Shown here: piece by piece, positions 54,025-64,000 of the stretch
Numbering within the stretch: the first letter of the stretch is position 1
Layout: each line of letters begins with the position of its first letter
Origin: Diplonema japonicum
Lineage: Eukaryota; Protista; Euglenozoa: Diplonemea
DNA length: 64,000 nucleotides
Assembly (NCBI GenBank): GCA_964019335.1
Contig: OZ025742.1
Span: 316,444 to 380,443, forward strand
Direction: 5' to 3'
The notes under the pieces: model-generated
What the model was told of the DNA's origin: nothing
Databases searched by the model: none
The model's input: the letters and a program-made list of their open reading frames with translations, nothing else
Position numbers and translations under genes: made by a program

Positions 54025-56863
54025 ATGGGCAAGAAGAAAGACAAGCACAAGGAGAAGGCAAAGCCGGAAGGGAACGGGGCCAGCACGCAGCTGGCCCAGT
54101 CCAAGGCCAGGGAGGAGCGGCGGGTGGAGAGGATGCTCCGCAGCGCTGGAGCAGCCGGGGAGCTGGGGCAGCTCCTGACGCCGGAGCACCGGGAGAAGAT
54201 GACGGGGGTGGTCACCGTAATTGACCTCCTCACGCCCGACGCCGCCGCCGCTACAGCCGGCCCAGCGACACCTGTCGCCTCCACCCCGACCGGCTCCGTC
54301 AAAAGGCCGGTTTCGCCTGACGCCAGCGTCGCCACCCCGACCTCCAGCAAAAAAGCTAGGAGGAAGGCCGCCAGAGCCGCGCGCGCTGACGCTGCCGCCG
54401 AAGCCGCACACATAGCTGACGCCACACACCCCCTCGAAGCCGCACGCACTGCGGCCGACGTCGAACTCGCGGGAATCGCTGCTGATTTGGAAGCTGCACG
54501 CGAGTCGGCCGACGTGGTAGCTGCAGAAATAGCTGCTAAGATGAAGGCTGCGCAGGAGGTGGCTGATGCTGCTGTTGTCAAAATGGCAGCCGAGACGGAA
54601 GCTGCACGCGTGGCTGGTGTGGAGGCTGCTCGCAGAGCAGTCGAGGCTGAGGAGAAGGCTCTGCGCGAGCGGTCTACTGCACGACTTGCGGCAGAGGAGA
54701 AGGAGGCTGCGCGTGCTGCGGCCGAGATGAAAGCAGCCGAGGAGAAGAAGGCTACAGCCGCAGCCGCTGCAGCCGAGAAGAAGAAAGCCGCAGCCGCCGC
54801 CGCCGCCGAGAAGAAAGCAGCAGCCGCCGCCGCCGCCGAGGAGAAGGCCGCCGCCGAGAAGAAAGCAGCAGCCGCCGCCGCCGCCGCCGAGAGGAAGGCC
54901 GCAGCCGACGCCGCCAGGAAGCAAGCTGCAGCCGCCGCCGCCGAGAAGGAGACCGCAGCCGCAGCCGCCGCCGCCGAGGAGAAGAAGAAGGTCGCAGCCA
55001 CCGCCGCCGCCGAAAAGGAAGCCGCCGCAGCCGCTGCCAAAAAGGAGGAAGCTTTGAGGTTGGCGGCCGCCAAGAAGGCAGATGCCCAGAAGGTCGAGGA
55101 CGAAGCAGTCGCGAACGCTTCCGCCAACGCGTCAACAGACCAAGGCACGCTCCTCCTCAGCTCAGACTCTGACACCAGCTCTGGCCCTGAGGAGATGGAG
55201 GACGACCCTGCCCCTGCCCCTTCCACAACCCCGCGATGGGACCTGGTGCCAGACACATGGGACGCCCCGATCTACACCAACGTGTCCCCCCCGACGGAAA
55301 CATCCCGCGCTGTCATTGCGCTCGACGATCCCTCCGGAATGGGGGTCGTGTGCTCCGCGTTACCTACGGCATCCATCACCTTTGTCCTTATGACAGAGGT
55401 CCCCGGTGTCACCACCCCCAGCGAGATTGTCATGGTCTCTGGGTCGCGCGCAGTGAACAGGAGGGTCCACGTCTCCACGTTCGGGCTGGACCCCCCCACC
55501 TACACCCCGCCTTCCACCTTCAACAGCGGATCGGAGGTCGTCTACGTCTGTGTCAGTGCAGACAGCCTGAAGGAGGCGAAGGCCAGGGCCCTGGAGCTCG
55601 CCAAGGCTCAGGGCGCGGTGATGGAGGATCGTGCGGTCTTCCGCCCAAGGAAGTTCGGTGAGGAGGAACCGCGGGCGAGGCACTGGACCCACGAGGTGGG
55701 ACTGCGCCTGCAAGCAGCACACGTCCACGCCGTCCTGCGCCGGTCCGGGGACGGGTGCTTAATGCGGACGACGGAGAGACGCGGGGGGTACGCTTATGTA
55801 CCCATCGTGGCGGAAGGGAGGGCGGATGCCTTTCGGATTGCGGGGACGCTGGGTGGGTTGTCTCTCGGGGTGGCGCACCGTAAGGGATGGACTGTGCGGT
55901 GCCTACCGGAGACGGAACAGCGGCTCCGGGAAACCCTCGCAAAACTGCGTACGAAGCGCAAGTTTTTGCTCACCGGGGCCCCGCCGTCCATCACCAGGGC
56001 GGCCTTCGACGAAGTGATGGACCACATCGGTTGGAAACCATCCTCCGTCGTTCCAGGGCACGAGGCAACTCGTGTTCTTCATCGTCGTCGACAGCCCGCC
56101 CCCGAAGTCCAGGACGTGGCTCCTTGGGGGGCGCCTTGTCTGCCTCCGTGATGCGGACGACCACCCGACCGTCAAGCCGCCCCCTCTCATCAACAGGACG
56201 ACACCTGCATCTGCACCTGCGCTTGCAACGTCCTCGACCCCGGCACCCACATCTTCTCATGTACCTGCACCTGCGCCTACTACACCTGTACCTGACCCGG
56301 CACCTGTATCGGCGTCGACACCCTCGGAGACTGGCCCTGCGGTGAAAGCAACTGGGCTTCCTCCCACCAGCCCGTGGGCGTCCATACCGAGCTCGGTGGC
56401 TCCCCCCCAGCTCGACACTGTGACGTCCCCTACACCGCCCCGCAACGTGTCTGCGGGAAACAAGGAGGGAGTCCCTTCCGGGTCGCCTGAGGTCGCCGCT
56501 CTCACTGAGCTCGTCGCCACGCTGAAGGAGTCGATCGTCGGGCTGCAGAGGACGATCGACTCTCAGCAGGAGATGATCTCCGATCTGCGGACGACGCTCC
56601 GCCTCCTCCTGCCGCAGGCGGCCACGCTGACGACGGGAACGGCAGTGCCGCGGGACCCTACACCGGGGGCGACGACGACACACGACAGTGTCTGGAAAGG
56701 GAAGGGGAAGGGGAAGAAGGGGGCTCCTCCTCTCGCTACGACCTCTGAGGCTGCGGTGACGAACCTGGGTACGAGGGGGCGGGCCAGGTCGTTCGCGGAG
56801 ACCAAAGATCTCTTCACCAATGGGGTCAAGGGGCGCTCTGCCTCCATGGGTCCATCCAATTGA
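54025..56863 (+). CDS. ORF1 of family C (Ala/Lys/Glu-rich coiled coil, globular middle, Pro/Thr linker, coiled coil); one +1 frameshift near 56060
   Basis: ORFs 54025-56151 and 56072-56863 overlap and read as one protein; frameshift may be a mutation or an assembly indel. Confidence 0.75.
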
Positions 56864-57004
56864 AGGGGCCCCGCAGAACAGGGGGAGCAGCAGATCTACG
56901 ACCATGCTCCCTCTCCTAGTCTCCCTCGCATCCTCCCCAGGAGACTCCTACCTCTCTGTTTCTTCACCGACTTTTCTGCACTGATCCCCACCCTACTCGG
57001 GAGG

Positions 57005-60000
57005 ATGTCCGTCAGGGACCTGCTGGGGCTGCTTGGGCTGGTCGAAACAAACCCTGGCCCACCCAAGAAGCTGCCGCCCCCGTCGCCTAAGGGTCTCAAG
57101 GTTGTCTCGTGGAACTGCAACGGCCTCGTTGCGAAATGGACCGTCGTATCTCGCCATGCTGACTTCTTGTCGCTGGACATCATCATGATACAGGAGACGC
57201 ACCTGAGGGAAGGGCACGACACGCCACACCTGCCTGGGTACAGGTCATACAGGAGGGATCGGTTGACACCGGTGACTGACGGCACTGCGACGAGGGGTGG
57301 TGGTATTGTCACGTATGTCCGCGACGATCTTGCCTCGGAGGAGGTTCCGCACGTACTCCCGGCTGGGGACTGTGTCACTGAGAGACTGGATGTGAGGATC
57401 TCCTGCGAGAAGCGTGAGCCGATCACTCTCTCCAACGTTTACCTTACACCGGTAAGCGCGAGCAGAGGCACGAGGGACCCTGAGTACCTGCGGCCTGGCA
57501 GCCTTCCCATGGGGAAGAACACAGTCATAGCGGGTGACTTCAATGCTCACCACAGCTCCTGGGACGCCACGGTGACGACGCCGAACGAGAGGGGGAACGT
57601 GGTCAGGGACTGGCTGGACACCCACGGGTACACCGTCTACAACGACCGCAACGAACCGACGAGGGACTCGTCACGACACGTTCTGGACCTGGTTGTGGGG
57701 CGCTGCGCGAAGCTTGAGCCGAAGACGCTGGGCACGTGGGGCTCCGATCATAGTCCCGTATCCTTTCACCTGCCTCTTGAGGACGTCTACCGTTCGGAGC
57801 GCCCCTTCCCCACCTGGAATTTCAAAAAAGCCAGATGGGATGACTACACTGCTGCTGTTGCCCGCCTGCTTGCTGGTGTTGACACGGCGGCTCCGATTGA
57901 CTCTGTCACGAAGGGGTTTACACAAGCCCTTTTGACTGCGGCGAACGACCACATTCCCCTCTGTGGGATGCGACGTGGCCCGACCCCCTGGTGGACTGCT
58001 GAGCTCGAGGACGCCTTCGAAGAGCGGAACACCCTGCGCGAACTCCTGCTCCAAGAGGCTGACGTGGTGGTGGAGGAGTACAGGGCGAAGGTGAAAGAAG
58101 TCAACCGACTTCTTGACGAGACGAAGCGTGAGGCATGGGGAAGGATGGCGGCCGACCTCAGCCGGAGCAAGGACCTCGGGGCTGCGTTCAGAGCGGTGAA
58201 GAAGCTGGACGGCAGGCACCGAAAGACACACCTTCCTGTACTCGAGGGAAGATTTGTGTCGGACAAGGCGAAGGCCGACCGGCTGGGGGCGCACTTCGCT
58301 AAGCTCTACGGCAGGCGTGGTGACGGGAACTCGAAGGACGCCGCTCCTTCTGCAAGCAGACTCGGGTGTCAAGCGTTCACCGTGGACGACCTCACCCGCG
58401 GCCTGAGAAGGATGAAGACGCGCAGCGCGGCCGGGGAAGACGGAATCTTCTCGGAGATGCTCCTACACCTGAACACGGACTCTCTCGGTGTCCTCCTTCT
58501 ACTCCTCAATCGCTCCTGGCTGATGGGTGTCGTCCCCGGTGCCTGGAAGAAGGGAGTGATCGTCCCGGTACCGAAACCTGGAAAAGATGCGACTCTCTTG
58601 GCTTCCTACCGGCCGATCTGCCTGACCAGCTGCCTCTGCAAGCTGCTGGAGAGGATGATCGAGGAGAGGCTCACGTTTCTTCTTGACGCGGACGGGACGG
58701 GAGTCGAGGGACTCCACGACAGCCAGGCTGGTTTCAGACGCGGCCGCTCCACGGAGGAGCAGGTGGCAACCCTCACTGAGTGCATGTCGAGGAACAAAGA
58801 CGATCGACGTCTCTCGGCCGCTCTGCTGTTCGACTTCTCTTCTGCCTTCGACCTGGTGCCCCATGGTGCCCTGCTGGACAAGATGCGAGGGAAGGGTCTC
58901 CCCGAACCCTTCGTGGAGTGGACGCGGTCCTTTCTATGCGGCCGTACTGCTGCGGTCACGATTGGACGGTCGAGGGGGTCGACGACGAAGGTGCGACGGG
59001 GTGTCCCCCAGGGCTCTGTCTTGGGTCCCATCCTGTACACCATCTACGTCGACGAACTCGCCAGGAGACTGGAGGGACTGGCGGACGTCTCGGTGCTCTA
59101 CGCCGACGACGTGGCGGTTGTGATCTCCTCTGGACAAGGGGACGTGGCTGGGCTGGAGCGGAAGGCGCAGGCAGTGGTGGATGCGGTTGAGGACTGGTGC
59201 AGGGAGCGTGACATGCTGCTGAGCACGTCCAAGACGCAGGCAGTCTGCGTCCCCCCCCAGAAACGTCTCGGGGTCTACTTCACTTCGTCACGAGTCCCCC
59301 TTCAGCCAGGTGCCTTCCAGAACCCACTCTTCGGCCTGGGGGTGAACGCCGATGGCACGATCTCCGGGGACCAGGAGCTGGCGGGCCTTCAGGTTGTGGA
59401 GGCGGGTGGTGTGCGGATCCGCTGCGTGCGGGACATGCATGCAGCCGTGCGACGGCCCGACGTGGATTACGTTGCGGCCCGTCCCCTGCCTCTATCTGAA
59501 CACGCGAGGTACCTTGGGGTTACGGTGGACTCTGGGCTCACGTTCGGTGAACACGCACAGGACATCCTACGGCGGGCCAGCAAAAGGCTGAGGGTGCTGA
59601 AGCTCTTGTCCGGCACGTCCTGGGGCAGCAAGAGGGACACTCTGCGGTCTCTCTACGTTACGTACATCCTCCCGCTGCTGCGCTACTGCATGGGGGTCTA
59701 CTACAGCAGGCTCGATGATGTCGGGAGGAAGGACCTGGCTGGGCTTCACCAGGAGGCGGCGGTGCTGATCACGGGCTGCTGGAGTGGCTCCGGAGGGTAC
59801 AAGCTCCTAGCTGAGGCAGGACTGCTTCCCCTCGAAAGAATGGCGGAGGGTGCTGCGGCGACGATGACGGCGAAGGCCTTCTGCTGGCAGTCTTCCCCGG
59901 TTCACAGGGAGACGGTCAAGCTGAAGCAGGCGAACAGGCTGGGGTGTGGGTGGCTGCGCTCTGGCTACCAAGCACTGCGTCGATGCGGGTTGGAACCAAA

Positions 60001-61156
60001 GGTGCACTTCGAGTACCTGTCGGCTACGCCCCTGGCGGCCCCGTGGCAGACAGGCATGGTCGACTTCAGGACTGACCTCCCCGGCGGGGTCACGCGATCG
60101 TCGCCAGACGCGGACAGGCGGAAGGCGGCCGAGGCTGCTCTTGCGGCTCTCCCCCCGGGCATCCATGCCTACACGGATGGCTCGGTTGTACAGGTCGGAC
60201 AGAAGGCGAAAGGTGGCTCTGGGGTTTATCTGCAGCTGCCTCCCCCCCTGACCCCTGTGTCTGTGTGCCATGGCGTCAACGACTTCTGTTCATCCTTTCG
60301 GGCAGAGGGCATGGCTGTGAAAACGGCACTGGATATGGTGGCCACCCTCCGAAAAACACACCCTTCGCTGGCGAAGTCCCCGCTGTCGATCTGCACCGAC
60401 TCCCTCTCCCTCGTCGAGCAGCTGCGAGCTGGCCCAACGCGACAGAGGGAGAAGCTCGACCACCAGACGTGGAGCCGGCTGGTGTCCGCGGCGCGCACGC
60501 AGGGGACACCGGTGGTCCTCCAGTTTGTGCCCTCCCACTGTGGGGTGGACGGGAACGAGAAGGCTGACGCTCTGGCCGGGGAGGGAACGAAGCGGAAGCA
60601 GGACAGGCCCTCCCTTGACTACCGATCAGTGAGGGCCCTGGTGCGACGGTGGGTGGTGCGGAGGTCCGCGGAGCTCATAACATCCCTCGCCCACAACTAC
60701 GCGGTGGCGACCGAGCTTCGGTCTGCGCACTTCCCCCTTGGCTTCCCCAGACAAGCTGAAACGGTCATCTCGCGGCTGCGGATTGGTCACTCGGCTCTCT
60801 TCTTCGGCTTCCTGCAGACTGCTGGCCCGAACAGGAAGCACAAGGGTGTGCTCCGGTGCCCAGCCTGCCACGCAGCACCGATGTCCAGGGAGCATGTTGT
60901 CGGTGGGTGCCCTGTGATCGGGAGGGGGGCGATCGACACTCCTGCTGGTACTCCCTCCCTAGCGTTCTCCCTGTCGAGACGCGTGACCCAGATCTACGAC
61001 CTCATTGTTGAGTCTGGCCTGCTCGCCTGGTCACGCTCCGGACTGTTCACCTCGCCATCATCCCTGGCGTCTACAGACGTCACTGCACCTTCGAACGTGC
61101 CGCCCCCTCCTCCGGTCTCTCTTGACGCCGGTCCCGCGGCCCCCGTGCTGCGCTAA
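57005..61156 (+). CDS. ORF2 of family C: 2A-like, AP endonuclease, RT, RNase H, CCHC-type tail
   Basis: LLGLVETNPGP; SWNCNGL, IQET, GDFNAHH, SDH; YRPICL, DFSSAFD, GVPQGSVLGP, YADD, RYLGV; YTDGS, TDSLS, VPSHCGVDGNEKAD; CPAC..HVVGGC. Confidence 0.95.
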   Translation: MSVRDLLGLLGLVETNPGPPKKLPPPSPKGLKVVSWNCNGLVAKWTVVSRHADFLSLDIIMIQETHLREGHDTPHLPGYRSYRRDRLTPVTDGTATRGGGIVTYVRDDLASEEVPHVLPAGDCVTERLDVRISCEKREPITLSNVYLTPVSASRGTRDPEYLRPGSLPMGKNTVIAGDFNAHHSSWDATVTTPNERGNVVRDWLDTHGYTVYNDRNEPTRDSSRHVLDLVVGRCAKLEPKTLGTWGSDHSPVSFHLPLEDVYRSERPFPTWNFKKARWDDYTAAVARLLAGVDTAAPIDSVTKGFTQALLTAANDHIPLCGMRRGPTPWWTAELEDAFEERNTLRELLLQEADVVVEEYRAKVKEVNRLLDETKREAWGRMAADLSRSKDLGAAFRAVKKLDGRHRKTHLPVLEGRFVSDKAKADRLGAHFAKLYGRRGDGNSKDAAPSASRLGCQAFTVDDLTRGLRRMKTRSAAGEDGIFSEMLLHLNTDSLGVLLLLLNRSWLMGVVPGAWKKGVIVPVPKPGKDATLLASYRPICLTSCLCKLLERMIEERLTFLLDADGTGVEGLHDSQAGFRRGRSTEEQVATLTECMSRNKDDRRLSAALLFDFSSAFDLVPHGALLDKMRGKGLPEPFVEWTRSFLCGRTAAVTIGRSRGSTTKVRRGVPQGSVLGPILYTIYVDELARRLEGLADVSVLYADDVAVVISSGQGDVAGLERKAQAVVDAVEDWCRERDMLLSTSKTQAVCVPPQKRLGVYFTSSRVPLQPGAFQNPLFGLGVNADGTISGDQELAGLQVVEAGGVRIRCVRDMHAAVRRPDVDYVAARPLPLSEHARYLGVTVDSGLTFGEHAQDILRRASKRLRVLKLLSGTSWGSKRDTLRSLYVTYILPLLRYCMGVYYSRLDDVGRKDLAGLHQEAAVLITGCWSGSGGYKLLAEAGLLPLERMAEGAAATMTAKAFCWQSSPVHRETVKLKQANRLGCGWLRSGYQALRRCGLEPKVHFEYLSATPLAAPWQTGMVDFRTDLPGGVTRSSPDADRRKAAEAALAALPPGIHAYTDGSVVQVGQKAKGGSGVYLQLPPPLTPVSVCHGVNDFCSSFRAEGMAVKTALDMVATLRKTHPSLAKSPLSICTDSLSLVEQLRAGPTRQREKLDHQTWSRLVSAARTQGTPVVLQFVPSHCGVDGNEKADALAGEGTKRKQDRPSLDYRSVRALVRRWVVRRSAELITSLAHNYAVATELRSAHFPLGFPRQAETVISRLRIGHSALFFGFLQTAGPNRKHKGVLRCPACHAAPMSREHVVGGCPVIGRGAIDTPAGTPSLAFSLSRRVTQIYDLIVESGLLAWSRSGLFTSPSSLASTDVTAPSNVPPPPPVSLDAGPAAPVLR

Positions 61157-61589
61157 GGGATCGCCCGCGTGTGTGTAAAGTGAAATGTTGTGTTTTCCAC
61201 TTTCCTTTCCCTTCCTTTCCCTTCCTTCACCTTCCTCTCACTGTTTCCCATTTCCCCTTTTTATTTTATTTTCACACTCACCAATGATTCGCTCAATAGG
61301 AGCAATACCTCCCTGGGGGGCTTTCCGCCGGAGGTTCCAGCCAAAGAAGGACATCCAGCTGGAAGGTAGGCCCCCGTTTTTCTCTCACTTGACTGAGGGA
61401 ATAATGTAATTCAGCCCTCTTCGGCTGTCCCAAAGCAGAGCACGGGTTGGTGGGGGACCAGGGCTCCTCCTGCTTGCAGAAGCCTGGTCCATTGCCCTCC
61501 CTATTTCCCCATGGTTTCCCTTCACCTTTTTTTCCCCTTTTCTCAGGTGTTGCTCTCCATGGCGGCCCTGCATTGGTATTTTAAAAAAA

Positions 61590-61921
61590 AAAGTTCTTAA
61601 AGTTCTTAAAGTCTGGGAGGTCGTCTCTTGTTACTAGAGGCGGCTAATGCCTCGAGACCCAGGTGCTGCCTGGTGGGTGGGATCGGTTTTATTTTATTAT
61701 GAAAAGAGCGTGGTGAGGGGGTCCAAGTAATTTACAACAGGGAGCAGCGGACCAGGACCCCTCGACCAATGGCTCAGTAACAGAGACTGCTTTTCACGAA
61801 TCACTTTCAAACACCTCTCTTGGTTTGAAGTGATGTCCCATTCCCTTTGGTTTTCTCTACTCCCCTTCGATCCTCCCGCCTGGTAGTGGAATATTTATTA
61901 TTATTATTATTATTAAAAAAA
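61590..61921 (+). mobile_element. Short structured non-coding retroposon (family F), copy 2
   Basis: Near-identical to 47036-47385. Confidence 0.75.
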
Positions 61922-61928
61922 CAAAAAA

Positions 61929-63339
61929 GGATGGCTCGGTTGGCTCGGTTGTACAGGTCGGACAGAAGGCGAAAGGTGGCTCTGGGGTTTATCTGCAGCT
62001 GCCTCCCCCCCTGACCCCTGTGTCTGTGTGCCATGGCGTCAACGACTTCTGTTCATCTTTTCGGGCAGAGGGCATGGCTGTGAAAACGGCGCTGGATATG
62101 GTGGCTACCCTCCGAAAAACACACCCTTCGCTGGCGAAGTCCCCGCTGTCGATCTGCACCGACTCCCTCTCCCTCGTCGAGCAGCTGCGAGCTGGCCCAA
62201 CGCGACAGAGGGAGAAGCTCGACCACCAGACGTGGAGCCGGCTGGTGTCCGCGGCGCGCACGCAGGGGACACCGGTGGTCCTCCAGTTTGTGCCCTCCCA
62301 CTGTGGGGTGGACGGGAACGAGAAGGCTGACGCTCTGGCCGTGGAGGGAACGAAGCGGAAGCAGGACAGGCCCTCCCTTGACTACCGATCAGTGAGGGCC
62401 CTGGTGCGACGGTGGGTGGTGCGGAGGTCCGCGGAGCTCATAACATCCCTCGCCCACAACTACGCGGTGGCGACCGAGCTTCGGTCCGCGCACTTCCCCC
62501 TTGGCTTCCCCAGACAAGCTGAAACGGTCATCTCGCGGCTGCGGATTGGTCACTCGGCTCTCTTCTTCGGCTTCCTGCAGACTGCTGGCCCGAACAGGAA
62601 GCACAAGGGTGTGCTCCGGTGCCCAGCCTGCCACGCAGCACCGATGTCCAGGGAGCATGTTGTCGGTGGGTGCCCTGTGATCGGGAAGGGGGCGATCGAC
62701 ACTCCTGCTGGTACTCCCTCCCTAGCCTTCTCCCTGTCGAGACGCGTGACCCAGATCTACGACCTCATTGTTGAGTCTGGCCTGCTCGCCTGGTCACGCT
62801 CCGGACTGTTCACCTCGCCATCATCCCTGGCGTCTACAGACGTCACTGCACCTTCAAACGTGCCGCCCCCTCCTCCGGTCTCTCTTGACGCCGGTCCCGC
62901 GGCCCCCGTGCTGCGCTAAGGGATCGCCCCGTGTGTGTGTGTTAAATGGAATGTTGTGTTTTCCACTTTCCTTTCCCTTCCTCTCACTGTTTCCCATTTC
63001 CCCTTTTTTTTATTTTCACACTCACCAATGATTCGCTCAATAGGAGCAATACCTCCCTGGGGGGCTTTCCGCCGGAGGTTCCAGCCAAAGAAGGACATCC
63101 AGCTGGAAGGTAGGCCCCCGTTTTTCTCTCACTTGACTGAGGGAATAATGTAATTCAGCCCTCTTCGGCTGTCCCAAAGCAGAGCACGGGTTGGTGGGGG
63201 ACCAGGGCTCCTCCTGCTTGCAGAAGCCTGGTCCATTGCCCTCCCTATTTCCCCATGGTTTCCCTTCACCTTTTTTTTCCCTTTTCTCAGGTGTTGCTCT
63301 CCATGGCGGGCCTGCATTGGTATTTTGAAAAAAAAAAAA
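61929..63339 (+). mobile_element. 5'-truncated copy of LINE family C (RNase H to poly-A) abutting the tRNA
   Basis: Matches 60176-61582; poly-A at 63328-63339. Confidence 0.95.
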
Positions 63340-63344
63340 TGTCA

Positions 63345-63417
63345 GGGGGTGTAGCTCAAATGGTAGAGCGCTCGCTCAGCATGCGAGAGGTAGAGGGATC
63401 GATGCCCTCCATCTCCA
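63345..63417 (+). tRNA. tRNA-Ala (anticodon AGC)
   Basis: 73-nt cloverleaf GGGGGTGTAGCTCAAATGGTAGAGCGCTCGCTCAGCATGCGAGAGGTAGAGGGATCGATGCCCTCCATCTCCA; G3:U70 pair; discriminator A; ATCG T-loop typical of eukaryotic tRNA-Ala. Confidence 0.93.
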
Positions 63418-63418
63418 C

Positions 63419-63428
63419 TTTTTTTTTT
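63419..63428 (+). terminator. Pol III oligo-T terminator
   Basis: T-run starting 2 nt after the tRNA 3' end. Confidence 0.7.
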
Positions 63429-63736
63429 GAAGTTTGGCCGCAAAAGTGGACTCACTATGTAAAAACTGCGTCCCGAGGTTGGGGTGTGCGCATTTGATCT
63501 CCTTGTCGTTGTCGAGTGCTATGTTGTCCCCACCTTAGAGATAACAGTCGAAAAGCTGTTGTCCTTTTTACTTTCGTCACTTTTTCTTGACGAAAAATGT
63601 TGTTCGGTTCACAGTATTTCTGGGATCTTCTTCATTTCACTTCCGAGGCCTTTACGGCAAGCACACAAGGAAAAATAAAACAAAGCAAAAAGGGTGTGGG
63701 AAAAAGAACGAAAAGAACGTACATTTGTCGAACATG

Positions 63737-64000
63737 AATGGAAAGAGATCAGATGAAGGATGACAGTGTTCGTGAAGACAGGAGGCGGGGTCCACAATGT
63801 GGAAGTGTCGGGGACAAGAAGGCAGGGTGTGCTGTTGGTTTTCTCGAAGGCAAACTCCGTTTGGGAGGGAGGGGTCCTGGACAGGAACAGGGGTGAAGGG
63901 CTTAGAAACTTGGGCTCGTGGAGGGTGGTCCTTGTGGAGGCGAAGATGAGGACCGTTCGTCTAGAATGAGAACGCGAACAAGGAATGGTGCTGCAGGACA
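63737..64000 (+). pseudogene. Degenerate third Ubl(-LRR) paralogue, 5' part
   Basis: gaacatgaatggaaagag...MTVFVKTGGGVHNVEVSG matches the 35416/38426 genes, with deletions and stops. Confidence 0.8.

Larger units (their letters stand above)
53983..61592 (+). mobile_element. Full-length non-LTR retrotransposon family C
   Basis: ORF1 + APE-RT-RNase H ORF2 + ~430-nt 3' UTR ending cattggtatttt-polyA; same family as five partial copies in the window. Confidence 0.95.

Noticed and set aside
54360-55110. TolA-like bacterial protein
   Set aside because: Low-complexity compositional similarity only; lies in the ORF1 position of a LINE.
53554-55256. Long minus-strand ORFs (456 and 429 aa)
   Set aside because: Antisense shadows of the GC-rich Ala/Lys/Glu repeat in family C ORF1.
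61390-61445. Twister ribozyme in the family C/A 3' UTR (GAGGG..UAA..GC..GUCCCA order)
   Set aside because: Required P1 and P2 pairings cannot be formed; a CAGCC/GGCTG hairpin fits better. Kept only as a conserved motif.

Overview
Eukaryotic (protist) genomic DNA with long poly-A/poly-T intergenic tracts, short cis-spliced introns and all recognisable host genes on the + strand, consistent with a euglenozoan, possibly diplonemid-like, polycistronic organisation (inference). The left ~39 kb carries an RRM+YTH protein, gamma-tubulin complex component GCP4, an ARL2BP/BART protein, a polyprenyl-diphosphate synthase, a small 3-exon membrane protein missed by the ORF track, a 2954-aa polycystin-1/REJ-like receptor, an F-box-like protein, a Ser/Thr kinase and two ubiquitin-like + BspA-type LRR paralogues. 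These are interspersed with piggyBac and pogo-like DNA transposon remnants and one truncated LINE. The main signal is at ~40.2-63.3 kb: a ~23-kb head-to-tail, same-strand pile-up of at least three divergent families of RNase H-bearing (I/Ingi-group) non-LTR retrotransposons plus short 3' fragments. It ends 5 nt upstream of a tRNA-Ala(AGC) gene. Eight junctions, including both ends of the array, read A(n)TGT, matching the A(n)TGTCA immediately 5' of the tRNA, which suggests repeated site-specific insertion at a tRNA leader. These elements also carry 2A-like NPGP peptides before the endonuclease, a PDZ-like module inserted inside the RT in two families, and a shared structured 3'-UTR motif.
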